Source: Octopus sinensis (Eukaryota). Taken from it: a stretch of DNA of 64,000 nucleotides. A program made the position numbers and the translations under genes. Under the pieces are notes generated by a model. It had not been told where the DNA came from. It was given only the letters and a program-made list of their open reading frames with translations, and searched no databases. Shown here piece by piece: positions 40,592 through 54,032 of this stretch (position 1 is the stretch's first letter; the number at the start of each line of letters is the position of its first letter). The DNA lies in contig NC_043002.1 in assembly GCF_006345805.1 (NCBI RefSeq), positions 38,812,001 through 38,876,000 of the forward strand, given 5' to 3'.

Positions 40592-40770
40592 ATATAATAT
40601 AATTCGAGACAAAACAACTATTTTAAAACCAAACAAGAAAAGACTTAATCAATACATAAAATTTTATATAAATTAAATAAATTATTTAATTTCTATTAAA
40701 TTTTATGTATTGATTAAGTCTTTTCTTGTTTAGTTTTAAAATAGTGGTTTTGTCTCGAATTATATTATAT
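40592..40770. repeat. fold-back palindrome (~88-bp arms)
   Basis: aattcgagacaaaac...aaattaaata / tatttaattt...gttttgtctcgaatt. Confidence 0.85.
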
Positions 40771-40796
40771 ATATATATAATATATATATATATATA

Positions 40797-41225
40797 TAAT
40801 ATAAGGGATATTAGCCAACCGAATATGGCAGGGACAGGGCAGGGTGGTGGGGGTGTCACTGTTGCATTTAGCCCCTGCTGTCGAACGGATTTTCGAATCA
40901 GTAAATGTATTTACTAGAAAATCCTTATATGTATCTTGCAAAGTTGGTCGTTCATCGAGAAGCGATGCCTACCACACGTTGATAATAGGCAACACACCTG
41001 AAACCTAGGTCCGTTTGGTGTATCGTCTTCTGTGAGTGATCTCCCTTTTCAAGATAAAGGACGTCGTGATGACGTCAGGCCTATCTGGTGACGTTGATGT
41101 TCCGCCGGGGCTAATTCAACAGTGACCCCCCACCACCCTGCCCGTCCCTAGCCATATTCGGTTGGCTAATATCCCTTATATTACGGAGCAGTCACTGTCT
41201 ATAACTCATTTAGAGAATTATTATT
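40797..41225 (+). mobile_element. hammerhead element with inverted terminal copy
   Basis: Arms 40797-40864 / 41117-41183; flanked by (TA)n. Confidence 0.7.
40971..41019 (+). ncRNA. minimal hammerhead ribozyme, U3:A8 core variant
   Basis: accacacg|ttgataa|t-agg-caacaca-cct|gaaac-ctag-gtc|cgtttggt. Confidence 0.65.
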
Positions 41226-42188
41226 GCTATATATTATGATATATATATATATATATAAACTAATGTATACAACATACAGCCAGGCACAATATGAAATCAG
41301 AAAGGAAAAGTTCAATCGTTGCTGAGTGTGACTAAGAATTACGGAGCACGTACATTGCTAGAAATAGGAGTTCAAATACTCTTAATTCTGTGAGAGGATT
41401 GCATAAAGTATATACACGTGTTGACAGGAGAGGCAATCGCCCTATGACCGACTCGAGGATCCTCAGACTAGATCTAGTTTCACCTATGATTATTATGCAC
41501 ATACACACATATGTATGTGTGCAAACATATATACCTGTATGTGCGTGCATATACTTGCGCACACTAACATACATATGTATGTATATATATATATTTGTTA
41601 ATGTATACATATATATTCGTGCGTACATGCGTGCATGAGTGTGTTTGCAAGTGTGCGTGCGCGTGTGCATGTGTGTGTCTGTGTGTGTCTGTGTAAATAG
41701 AAGTAAATTAGCCATTTCTTCCATGTCAATTTTCTTTTTCGTTTATGTTTTATTATTTTATCGCATGTAATGTCCACTACCCTGTATATCGCTGTTTCAT
41801 AAGGCCTGTAAAGTGTGATTTGAGTGGGGCTTAGTTCAATTTCTAGCAGGTTGCGCGACAACGTAAAGGTTCCTTAGCTGGATCATAAAACCTTCAATTT
41901 AAATTGAATGATTCATTACCTATTCATGCCTTGCTTGCTCCATAAACATCGCTTGCCAATATGCAATTTTTATAGTCTTGTGACAAGCGCTCGAGCCAAA
42001 TACAGACGATTTGAAAGTTCACCGAACGGCCAACAGAGCATATATATGTATAGAATATAATAATATATATTTGTATGTATGTATGTGTGAGTGTACATAA
42101 TATTATGTGATATATATATGTATATAATGTGTATATATGTATATATATATATGTACATACTATGTTATATCGATATGTATATCTATAT

Positions 42189-42240
<52 letters not shown>

Positions 42241-42332
42241 TTGTGTGTATATATATGTATATATATGTGTATATATGTATTTATATATATGCATATATAT
42301 GTGTATATATATTGTGTGTGTGTGTGTATATG

Positions 42333-42366
<34 letters not shown>

Positions 42367-42517
42367 ATTATATACAATACGGAGATGTACTTGCATAGCA
42401 AGTGACACCTGATCTGAGATCGTGTGCTGGAACGAAGACAATTGTAGCGTGGAAGGTGTTTATATCCCATTTAAAATACACAAAAACGTTAGCTTCACTT
42501 CAACATTTAAATTTAAT

Positions 42518-42566
42518 TTACCAAAATATTTTCGTCGCTTTGAGACTGTGACCTGTTCTCTGACAA
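42518..42566 (-). ncRNA. candidate divergent hammerhead (G3:C8-like core)
   Basis: ttgtca|gagaaca|g-gtcac..gcgac|gaaaa-ta-ttt|tggtaa. Confidence 0.3.
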
Positions 42567-42574
42567 ATTGTTTG

Positions 42575-42671
<97 letters not shown>

Positions 42672-42810
42672 TATACATTTATATAATATGATATAAGGCT
42701 AATAATTTTTTCGATGGTTTTTCAGACAACCAACAATTATTTACCGGTAGATTTCGGTATGTAAATATGACCTTTAGCGGCGGAACTTCTGTGGAGTTCA
42801 ATATATATAG

Positions 42811-43119
42811 TATATAAGTAAAAGGACAGGCAACAGGTTGCTTTGCCGCATACCGAAAGAATTAGAAATAGCAATCAGAGACTGTTTATTTCCATTTTCT
42901 ACAAGTGGGGGCTCGATATACGACATAACCCTGCAATTCACATATGCAAAATAGGAGGAGTAAATAAACGAAAACAATGCCTTACCTCCTATTTTGCATA
43001 TGTGAATTGCAGGGTTATGTCGTATATGGAGCCCCCACTTGTAGAAAATGGAACTAAACAGTTTCTAATTCTTTTGGTATGCGCCAAAGCAACCTGTTGC
43101 CTGCCTTTTTACTTATATA
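42811..43119. repeat. fold-back inverted repeat (~140-bp arms)
   Basis: 42811-42958 vs 42985-43119. Confidence 0.9.
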
Positions 43120-44159
43120 TTTATATATATACTTGCATATACACGTATAGATATTCTTTTCTATCATAAATTAAACCTCGAACATATTACAAAATAACTT
43201 TAATAAATGCGCTGGGTATTACATAAAGACATTAATCAACTGTGTGCGAAAACAAATAATCCATTAATAAGATGGTTGGCATATCTTGGTGTTATGGTAA
43301 AAATATAATGATCACGTTTAACGCTACAAAATTACAACATTGCTACAAGTGTATTATTACTGCAATAGGAATATTACTACAGTAGGAATTTTGTCTAAGA
43401 ATATTTATCATATCAGTGTCAAAGTATTGAAGGTAAGAAATACTGGTTTCAAATTTTGGCACAAGGACAGAAATTTCGGAGAGGAGTTAGTCGATTAAAT
43501 CAACCCCCCACTGTTCAACTGGTACCCGAAGGGTAAAAAATGTTAAAGTTGACTTCGGTAGAATTTGAACTCAGATCATAAAGACGGCTGATATGCCGCT
43601 AAGCATTTTGTCTCCGGTTTCGGCCTTCCACCAATATCCCAAGGCTCGGCAAAGAATTTGCCCAGAGCACACACCACTGCACTCAATGTACATACACGCA
43701 CACCTCTACAAGGCGGACACACCACAATATAGACTGTCTTCCATCAACCACCACATATACACCTCTCCCACATTGTAGCCCCACACATAAATAGACCCAC
43801 ACACAAACATTACACACCACACCGCTTGCATAAAACCCCTTAACCAATTGAGAAAGAAAACAGAACAACGAACGCAACAATATATACCTACACTCCAGGA
43901 AGAAATTATGTTTATGATACCACTACACATATCACACGCTCTATCCTCACAGAAACACCATACTTAATAACGCACACTTGCCCCACAAACACTTCAAGAT
44001 AACTCTTACCGGCCTTAAAGCGTAGCCAATCAAGGGACGTAAACCATAAGCTAATCCTCTGGCCCGTTTTCGCTTTACCATCATTTCACAGCAGCTGCAA
44101 ACTGTATGAGTTAATCCACCTCCGACAATAGAGATCAGTCGTCATATTCCCTTCCATAG

Positions 44160-44253
44160 CGACTAACTCTGATGAGCGTAAGGTTATAGAATCGGATTGT
44201 TACCTAACACTCCATTGTATTCCTTGCAGGAAACCGATTGGTAAGATCAGTCG
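44160..44253 (+). ncRNA. type-I hammerhead-like fold with long stem II
   Basis: cgactaact|ctgatga|gc-gtaagg...ccttgc-ag|gaaacc-gatt-ggta|agatcagtcg. Confidence 0.55.
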
Positions 44254-44492
44254 TGATGGATATATAATACTGTGCATTTCGGATATTGTATATGTGAGTG
44301 TATGTGTGTGTGTGTGTGTAACTGTCGTCTACTATAGCCTCGAGCCGACCAAAGCCTTGTGAATGGAGCTAGTAGAAGGAAACTGAAAGAAGCCCGTCTT
44401 ATATATATATATATACATAATGACACTCCATGATGTTTCTAAGGTGTAGGTACAGGAGGTGGTCAAACTCTGCATAAGGAGTAGACAACCAC

Positions 44493-44565
<73 letters not shown>

Positions 44566-45220
44566 TGTGGCGTGTGTATGTGTGTGTGATGTCTTTATAT
44601 AATTGTATATATGTTTTTTATACGTGTATATAAATCGAAGCCTTTGTAAATTTGGTCGTTTTTAAACACTGAATCTAAATGAGAAATTTCGTTATATAAG
44701 ACCACTGGAGAACCTTAACTGATTGTTGAATTATCTCAGAAAAGTAAGAAATCCGTTTATCTTATGTGTGCTTAGAAAGCTGTTAGGATGTGGTTTAAAG
44801 ATTTAACAGATTTTTCTAGCCGATAAAGTGGCTACAGTGAGGTTTTACATTGGGGATTAGATCGATGAATTATCTCACAAAATTAAGGTATCTGTAGAGG
44901 TAGAAAAATTAGTTAATCTGATTTTTTTTTATTCTTAGAAGGATAATAAGACATAGTTCAAAGATTTGGCTACTATTTCTAGCAGACCAATCCATTACGT
45001 ACAGGTCGGTGCATAAAATCTCGGAATTAATATACAACGTTCATCCTCCTTCACCTCACGTTTGTTGCGTTGGTTGTATACGTATCTCTTGCCAATTTAC
45101 TGTCTTTTTTATTACCTCCTGATAAACGATCGAGCGAGATACAGAAGTTCATTGAGCGGTCAACAGTATGTCTGTTTTCTTTGCTCGATCCTAATCATAT
45201 TTTAGCTTACTTATATATAT

Positions 45221-45298
<78 letters not shown>

Positions 45299-47699
45299 TC
45301 CCTAATACATGCGTATATGCATGCAAGCATACGGTCATGTACACATTCACATCGACATAAACACTTAAAACTATTTTTTCATGCTTGTGCGCGTGCGTAC
45401 GAATGTTGGTGCGCATACGCACATGCACACACATGCATACATATGCGTGTGTGTCTATGCATCCATATGTATATATGTACATGTATATATGTGTGTGTGT
45501 ATGTGTAAGTGTGTGCTTGTGCATTTATGTGTATGTGTGTGGGGGGATAGAGAGAGAGAAAGAGCGAGAGAGATTGCATACATTACATATATCACACCTT
45601 CATACTATATGGACTGACTTTCCCGATGACCTGTCCCTGGTATTAAATAAAGTATTGAAACTTACAGTATGCAAATTAGTAGCCCCTGGTTTCTACAGCC
45701 ATTGTAATTGTTGAATATAAAAGCAGACTGGCTGCTTGTTTCTCTGCGACTGGATGAATTGCGAGGAGTCAGCAATAAAATTCAAACACCTAAATTAGCC
45801 CAGTTTATATGTCCAGTATAGCTTCAAGCTAAATTATGCCTATTTATATATCAACTATATATATTTAGCTGAGAGAGAGCGAGAGTGTGTGTGTGTATTT
45901 GTATTGATCTTGTCGAGTATGTCTTGCCTGAATCATGTTAATTTCTTGAACGGTTATTAGATATGGTATTCGTTTTGTTGCAGAGAGTATACAGTTTGAA
46001 TTGTGCTTTTGAATTCAAAGTCCCTTATGTAGGATGTATCAGATGGAGGAAATATTTTTAACAATGTGTACCATTATGAGATTTGATATGGTTTGTTTGG
46101 TTTGGGGTTTTCTTTCCATTTATCTTTTGTTATACCAAGAGAAGCGATTGTTATTGGTGCTTACGTCATAAGAATTTTTGAAACTTCGAGAAACGTGTAA
46201 TTATTTGAATATTTTCTATTCAAAGAGATTTTACACCCAAGTTTACCTGCTATTCTTTATAGCTTCCACCATCAAAAACGAATTACCGTTGGTGATGTTT
46301 TTATCTTGATACCTCATATTTTGCTTATTTCTGGTTCCTTGTACTTTGAGGTTTTCCACCTCTTCCTGGGAAGTGATTTGGTCAATGTTCGAAGTGTTTA
46401 TCAGACTAGTAGCATTTTTGCTCCAGTCTTTTGTTATACTTAGGCAGTTTTCCTCGATTGCCTCTTCAGTCTACGCATGTAGGTTATAAATATCTGCTTG
46501 GAAGTCGGAATCATGTATCGTTTTCACGTCGAAATCTCGGCGCGTTGCCCAGTGTGCATAGCTGCCAGTTCGATCATTTCGGTGAGTTTATACAGATTTG
46601 GCAAGAAGTAGGAACCCGGAAACAATGTAGTCAATTGCCAAATTGTACTGGTTGCATGGATTGCAATTGTTGTTATCCTTCTTTTTCATTATTTTTCTTT
46701 ATTTTTGTCACCAGACACTCGTCGTCTGCATCTGAAACCAGACAACCAGACATAATGCTTGTTTATAGCCGAGACCATCTGAGATATTGTTGGCTTTAAA
46801 CTCTGATGTATATTCTGTCTGTCGACTTGGGAAAAGTATTGGCCATGGATTGGTTATACTCTATATTTTTTCTTTGATATGGTTTGAAATTTCATTTTGA
46901 TTTTGTCTCTTGTTTTTAAACTTTTCTTTTGATTTGTCTTTTGCAATTTTTTTCCTTCTGTGTAAAGTTTCCAGTTCATACTTCGTTGATTTTATATATA
47001 AAGAGAACATTTTATTTCTTCTGGTTTCTTTGTTCTAGGTCGAGTTTTGCTTTAATTGCCGCTCTGACAGCACTGTTATATATAACAAGGTTCCCATGGA
47101 AAAATTAGCTGGAAGAATTGTGCTAAATCGGATAGTACCTCCTTGTCTCAAAATCTAATAAATGAGAGACCAAAGAGAAAAATCTATATCTCCCTTAACA
47201 ATGTTTCTAATTAGTGTCAAAGCAGCACATAGAAGAAATACTAAAAGATACATCGTGAGATATTCGACGAGTGAGAGGGACAAACATTGTGTTAATGTTT
47301 ATTGAAGATTCAAATAAAATACAAGCTGAAACATAGACATAATTCCAACTACGCACTTGTGCATGAGACAAAGGAATATTGTGATTGCGATCAAGAACAT
47401 TGAAATTTTGTGGATCTTCACCTAGCTGTCACATTTGTATCTTACTGAGGTCAAGTGGTTAGCTCAGTGGTACGAGAGACGACATGAGACAAAGAGAGAG
47501 TCACGATAAATTTGCAAGTTCTAATGACCCCCGAAGTTGACAACGTCATATCAGTGCTGTACCCGGCTAAGGAGCCTAAAACAAGTGGCATGAAACTGAT
47601 GACGCAAGGCAATAGGCTTTTAGGTTTTATATGTAGTAAGAGAAAAACTTGAGGGATTTTTGTCCTGAAGAACTGGTAACCTCTTGGTAAAAAGTTGCC

Positions 47700-47923
47700 T
47701 TCTCAAGTTATGTCGTTTCATAAGGGCCGTTTCCCGGTTTCCATGGCATATAAGTTCCGTCGCAGGATTACTCATTTTTGCCAACTGAGTGGACTGGAAC
47801 AACCTGAAAACGAAATGTTTTACTCAGGAACACAACGCGTTACCCGGTCCCGCAATCCGCAATCGAAATTACATTCTTACGATCACGAATCCAACACCCT
47901 AACCACTAAACCACGCGCCTCCA
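47700..47923 (-). mobile_element. tRNA-derived SINE related to family C
   Basis: Head gtggaggcgcgtggtttagtggttaggg; tail gccatggaaaccgggaaacggcc shared with 28522-28560. Confidence 0.7.
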
Positions 47924-48623
47924 CGAGGTCGTCTCTTGCCGCATCCAAGAAGCAGTTCAGCGGGTATCTTATCCCACACGATTGTAGCCAACTAGTAACA
48001 CCACTTCAGGAAATTGAAATTGAACAATACTTCCAAATTAAAGGAGAGAGGGTGGTAGACAAAAAATGAAAATGCACACAATCACAGAAGTGAACATCGA
48101 TAAACATTAACTCGTAAAAGTGGGGAGAAGTTCCGTCGTCAGTACAAAGTCACGGCCTATACAGTCATATAGAACAACAACTCACAGACTATAAGAAAAA
48201 AGAATAAGGAGAATTCTCCTCAAAACAGTAATAATGCCTCTCCTCAGAACCACAATGATATCTTCAGCAGAAGTACAATAACAGATCCGCTCAGAACAAC
48301 AAAGATACTTCACCTCAAGATTATAATTGAAACTGAGCAGTCGGAGGAAACTGAAATCATATACACAGACCTTCGAAAGAGTAACTACCATATCATTGAT
48401 ACATTAACACGTTACTGTTGCCGCAGGCGATGTCTGGATACAGAAATGATAAAACAAATAAAAGGAGGACAACATTAGATAAATATGCCAATGACAGAAT
48501 ACTAATAAAAACAATAGATTTCTTTTTATTTTCAGATATTAAAAGAAATGTGTCCAGAAGACGTCGATTGCTTCCGAGAGCAACCCACGCAGAAAATGTT
48601 AGTGCTAATAACGAAATGATAAT

Positions 48624-48655
<32 letters not shown>

Positions 48656-48712
48656 TTATTGTTGCTGTTGTTGTTCTTGTTGCTGTTGCTGTTGGTACTA
48701 TTATTATTCTTT

Positions 48713-49290
48713 AAGGCGGCGTGTTGGCAGAAACGTTAGCACGCCGGGCGAAATGCTTGGCGGTATTTTGTCTGCCGCTACGTTCTGAGTTCAAATTCCG
48801 GCGAGGTCGACTTTGCCTTTCATCCTTTCGGGGTCGATTAAGTAAGTACCAGTTACGCACTGCAGTCGATATAATCGACTAAATCCGTTTGTCTTTCCTT
48901 ATTTGTCCTCTCTGTGTTTAACCCCTGGTGGGTAGTAAAGAAATAGGTATTTCGTCTGCCGCTACGTTCTGAGTTCAAATTCCGCCGTGGTCGACTTTGC
49001 CTTTCATCCTTTCGGAGTCGATTAATCAAGTACCAGTTGAGTATTAGAGTCGACGTAATTAACTAGCCCCATCCCTTCAAAATTTCAGGCTTTCTGTCTG
49101 TAGTAGAAAGGGTTATTATTTAGGTGGTAGCTGGCAGAATTGTTAGTGTGGGCATTTCCTCTGGTTCTTTACGTCTTGAGTTGAAATTCCTCGGAAGTCG
49201 ACTATCATCTTTTCGGAATCTATATAAAATGAGTTCCTCTTGAGTACTGGGGTCGCTGTATCCGATTTACCCTCCCCTAAAATTTTAAAC
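48713..49290 (+). mobile_element. tandem SINE family B copies
   Basis: Three successive family B bodies. Confidence 0.85.
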
Positions 49291-49307
49291 CATTGCTATT
49301 GCTGTTT

Positions 49308-49822
49308 TCTTCTTCTTCTTCTTCTTCTTCTTCTTCTACTTCTTCCAATCAGGACTCACGCCATTAGCCACAAAGAATAATCTCTAATTCGAGCCTACTC
49401 TAAGCTACTAAGAATGCGTGTGGCAACTTGAAGATTCACCCACCACACGCGATAGACTGGCGGTTGCACGGGCGCGAAAGCTACGTTGTTATCCTCATTC
49501 CGTAAACAGTGGCTTTTAACGGGTGGAGAGCTGAACCATCCTGGGGTACAGAGGATACGCAATCTAGACTAGGGTCTGAAGGTTTACCCCACCATAGTGC
49601 GTTACACCATGGTTCCTCTGCTTTGTAGCAGAAGTAGGAAGAAAGAGTGAGAGAAAGTTGTGGTAAAAGAGTAGAGCGGGGTTCACCACCCATCCCCGCC
49701 GGAGCTCGTGGAGGTTAGGTGTTTTTGCTTAATAAACACTCACAATGCCCGGTCTGTGAATCGAAACTGCGTTCTTACAACCGCGAGTCCGCTGCCCTAA
49801 CCACTGGTCTATTGCGTCTCCA
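49308..49822 (-). mobile_element. tRNA-derived SINE family D with (GAA)n tail
   Basis: Colinear with the copy at 61349-61839; family C-like head. Confidence 0.85.
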
Positions 49823-50508
49823 TTGTTGTCGTTGTTGATGGTTGTAGGAAGATCGGTAGAGCCTTGCATAAAATATCGTGCACCTTTTCGTTGAGATCCT
49901 TGGCGTCTTGATTTCAAATAGCACCGAAATCGATTTTCGCTTTCAACCTCCTGGGATCGATAAAATAAAAATCAGTCAAATCAGCCAAATTAATCGAATA
50001 TTCCCTCCTCCTAGAATATACGGCTACGTTACCAATAAATGTCAATTTTTAGTTACCTCATCTTCCCTGCATGAGATCTCACCGCGTAACCGAACACAAT
50101 CTTCAGAGCCTTTGATTCGGATTTTTACTTTTGTATTCAAAGAACCCTACATGATATGTCTGCAGTACCTAGTATTACTCTATGCGACATAAATGTCTAA
50201 TTACTAATGATGAGGTAATGTATCTGCATATTATTTTTCACATCATTCTCTAAACATATCCATATGCAGATAGCTTCCTTTTTATAATCCTCAAAATCTG
50301 ATTATCTCTCATTACAGATAATTACTGAATTTCATTTAGAGATATAGGCGCAGCTGTGGGTGTGTAGTTAAGAAGCACGATTCACAGTTGCCTGGTTTCG
50401 ATTTCAATCACTCTGCGCGCCACCTTGGGCAGGTTTTTTTTTTCTATTACTATGCCTTCTGAGTGAATTAGGTAGTTGGTAACTGTCTAGAAACTAATAT
50501 ATATGTAT

Positions 50509-50557
<49 letters not shown>

Positions 50558-50620
50558 CATATATGTATATATATATATATATAATATATTATACAATACA
50601 TACACACACACACACACATA

Positions 50621-51229
50621 CAGAGTGCGACGGGTAAATTGTCGCTATTTTTTTTTTATTTTACGCATGCGCATTGTTTGGTTGGGATTTTGTCGACTAC
50701 ACCGTATAGTAGAATCAGTTTGGTACCGTCTGTGGGAAAAACAACACCATGACGCAATTGCTTGTGTGGTATGGTGCAGAGTTCTGTTGCCAGACAGAGG
50801 GTCTTCCAGCAGCCATCCTCTTGACCCAGGGAAGCACTACCTCCTCCATGCACTTGATGTAGGCTACCGTTCTGAGTCTGAGGCCAAGTGGGAAGATGAT
50901 TGGAGGCGTAACATTGCCGTCACTAGTGATCACTCCAAAGACCATGATGGCGATTGGATGTTTGATTTTATCACTGTCGGTACATGCACTGTACTCAGAT
51001 CGACACCCAAACTCTCTGAAATGCTCGTATTGGAGCTTCCAGTGCGAATGCCAAGCAGTACAGCTTGTCGTTTCCAAATTTCTGGCAGAGGGAATTGCAT
51101 CATGGTCCTGTTTTTCACACAGACGGTGCCCAAATGACCCTACTATACTGTGTAGTCGACAAAATCCCAACCGAACAATGCGTATACGAAATAAAACATA
51201 AGAGGCGACAATTTATCCATTGCACCTTG
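50621..51229 (-). mobile_element. internally deleted Tc1/mariner element with ~140-bp inverted ends
   Basis: TA on both sides; inverted 50621-50759 vs 51093-51229; transposase remnant KHPIAIMVFGVITSDG...VWQQNSAPYH. Confidence 0.85.
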
Positions 51230-51491
51230 TATACATATGCGTGTATATATATATATATATATATATACTTGTGCAAGTCACTCTCTTGTGTATGCTAGTG
51301 TGTGTTTCCGTCAGTAGGAATACTGCTCATATCGAAAAACGGATCATTTCTCTTTTCACAACTTCAAAAATATTCTGTACTTACGTTTTATTCGCTTATT
51401 CTTATATTGTTTAGCTTCTTTCACTCATTGGTTATGTTAGGGTACCGCCTTGTAAGATTTAGTTGAACAAATTGACTCATTTTGTTAACGT

Positions 51492-51579
<88 letters not shown>

Positions 51580-51618
51580 GTATGTATGTATATGTATGTA
51601 TGCATATATTATATATAT

Positions 51619-51672
<54 letters not shown>

Positions 51673-51679
<7 letters not shown>

Positions 51680-52013
51680 ATTAAGAGATAGAACCTCCAT
51701 AAAGTTAATTCAATTAATGCTGAAAGATATATAAATTTAAAATATATTTTTTTAAGTTGTACTAAAAATTTGTACCATTAAAACGACTTTAATTATTAAT
51801 ATCGTGCTACAAATTTCTTTACTAAAATATACATACTGTGTATTTTTAATGTATATTTTAGTATAGAAATTTTTAGCACGATATAATAATAAAGTCGTTT
51901 AATGTGTGGAAATTTTTAGTACAACGTTAATAATAATATATATATAAATTTATATAATATCTTTCAGTATTAATTAATTACCTTATGGAGGTTCTATCTC
52001 TTAATTCTATATA
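51673..52013. repeat. fold-back inverted repeat (~160-bp arms) in (TA)n
   Basis: tagaattaagagatagaacctccataa... / ...ttatggaggttctatctcttaattcta. Confidence 0.85.
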
Positions 52014-52107
52014 TACATATATATATTATATTATATGTATATATATATTATATACATATATATATATATATATATATAATAAATAATATATATATATATA
52101 TTTATAT

Positions 52108-52280
52108 AAAGGGCTTAGTAAAATAAATTACTTTGCCGCTATTACTGAACTCATTTAGAAATAGCAGCCAAAAAAAAAAAACTTTTCTGAAACTATTTCT
52201 TAATACTTAAAGAAAACCTCTCTCATATATTTCTAATGAGTTCAGCATGCGGCAAAGTAATTTATTTTACTAAGCCCTTT
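52108..52280. repeat. fold-back inverted repeat (~55-bp arms)
   Basis: aaagggcttagtaaaataaattactttgccgc / gcggcaaagtaatttattttactaagcccttt. Confidence 0.85.
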
Positions 52281-52398
52281 TATATAATGTAATAATTTGA
52301 ATTCGCCTTAAATGGTCCCTTTGCATACTGAATACTTGGTGAATTGATTAATTAATTAATTTTACCCTCAATTGTTGAAATTATATATATTATATATT

Positions 52399-52450
<52 letters not shown>

Positions 52451-52453
<3 letters not shown>

Positions 52454-52574
52454 CGCACGGCATGGGTGTATGGTAAAGGAGTTCGTTTCGCAATTAAGTT
52501 TTTGCTATTCTACCATGCAATTATTGATGACTGAAATTAGTAAAGAGAAATTAAGCCCGTCATATATATATATA

Positions 52575-52605
<31 letters not shown>

Positions 52606-52692
52606 TATATACATATATATGATATATATTATATTTATATGTATATATATATGTATATATATATATGTATATATTATATATACATACACACA

Positions 52693-52737
<45 letters not shown>

Positions 52738-52803
52738 GTATATATATATATACATATATATATATTATATAGATATATATGTGTGTGTGTATGTGTGTGT
52801 GTA

Positions 52804-52835
<32 letters not shown>

Positions 52836-52863
52836 CATATATATATACATGTATATAAATATA

Positions 52864-52918
<55 letters not shown>

Positions 52919-53032
52919 TATGACGGGCTTAATTTCTCTTTACTAATTTCAGTCATCAATAATTGCATGGTTAGAATAGCAAACTTAATTGCGAAACGAA
53001 CTCATTTACCATACACCCATGCTCGTGCGTTA
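52451..53032. repeat. inverted duplication (~112-bp arms) around a microsatellite
   Basis: 52451-52562 vs 52921-53032; arms are a decayed SINE A head. Confidence 0.85.
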
Positions 53033-53039
53033 TATAGTT

Positions 53040-53258
53040 ACGCAGGGGTGCTGAAAAGTTTCTGGCTTCAAGTGTACCGCGAAAGGCTTTGCTGGAGGCC
53101 CAATTTTCCGAGTTATTTCACAGAGCTTAGAAAATCTGCAGGCCCGCTGCAATACGTGCGTGGCTCTGAGAGGGTAATATGTTGAATAAAATCATAACTA
53201 ATTGATTCACCTGTATTTTCTTCTTACCCAAAGCATGGACCTTTTTAACACCTCGTAT
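53040..53258. mobile_element. mariner-type MITE
   Basis: Imperfect TIRs acgcaggggtgctgaaaagtttctggctt / aagcatggacctttttaacacctcgt, TA flanks. Confidence 0.6.
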
Positions 53259-53529
53259 GTCTTTGCAGCTCCCTATGAGAATTATTTGAATTTTTTTTTT
53301 TTTGTTGTAACGCCATCAAAAATCCTTCGTTCTCAATTGTGCCTCCTGTGATCCTCAACGCTCCTCATTGTCTCCATTTCTTTATGTATGCAACACAACG
53401 TTGCCATATCACATCCGTTACGGGTCACGTGCAGGCCTTTGTTGTCAACATCTTAGCTTGACATTTTAAAATACTATTTCCAGTTTTTAACCGTCTCATT
53501 TGTTGTTTCTCCGTGCACTCTTCCAACCC

Positions 53530-53644
<115 letters not shown>

Positions 53645-53789
53645 TGTTTATTAACTTAGCCACCGTTTTTATTTATGCATTGGCTTTCTTGAAGGCAGTA
53701 AACGATTTGTTTCGTTCCTGTTTTGTAGCTATTTGTATTAGTTTCCATATATTATTTACTTGATATATTTCTGGTACTAGAATAGAACA

Positions 53790-54032
53790 TTTATGATAAT
53801 TGTTTTAGTTGCAGATGCCGCTACGTTTCTATATTCATTGTAAATATAATGCTTCTGTGTTGGAATTTAGATGATGTATTCTAACTCTAGTCATTATTTC
53901 TGTTTTCATGTGCCGTACTGCTAATTCTCTTAATTGTGTTTTAAGTATTAACCTAATGCATTTATAATATTCTTTCTTACTTCTTTCTTTCATTTGTGCG
54001 CACCTGTGTGTGTTGTACTCTACCAATATCAT
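53790..54032 (-). pseudogene. R4/Dong-like RT fragment
   Basis: KEYYKCIRLILKTQL...HHLNSNTEALYL. Confidence 0.55.

Noticed and set aside
42750-42785. ccgctaa...gaaatctac hammerhead-like fold on the minus strand
   Set aside because: Too many core deviations
46700-46800. RQPDIMLV RLE-like peptide
   Set aside because: Too short and decayed to annotate confidently
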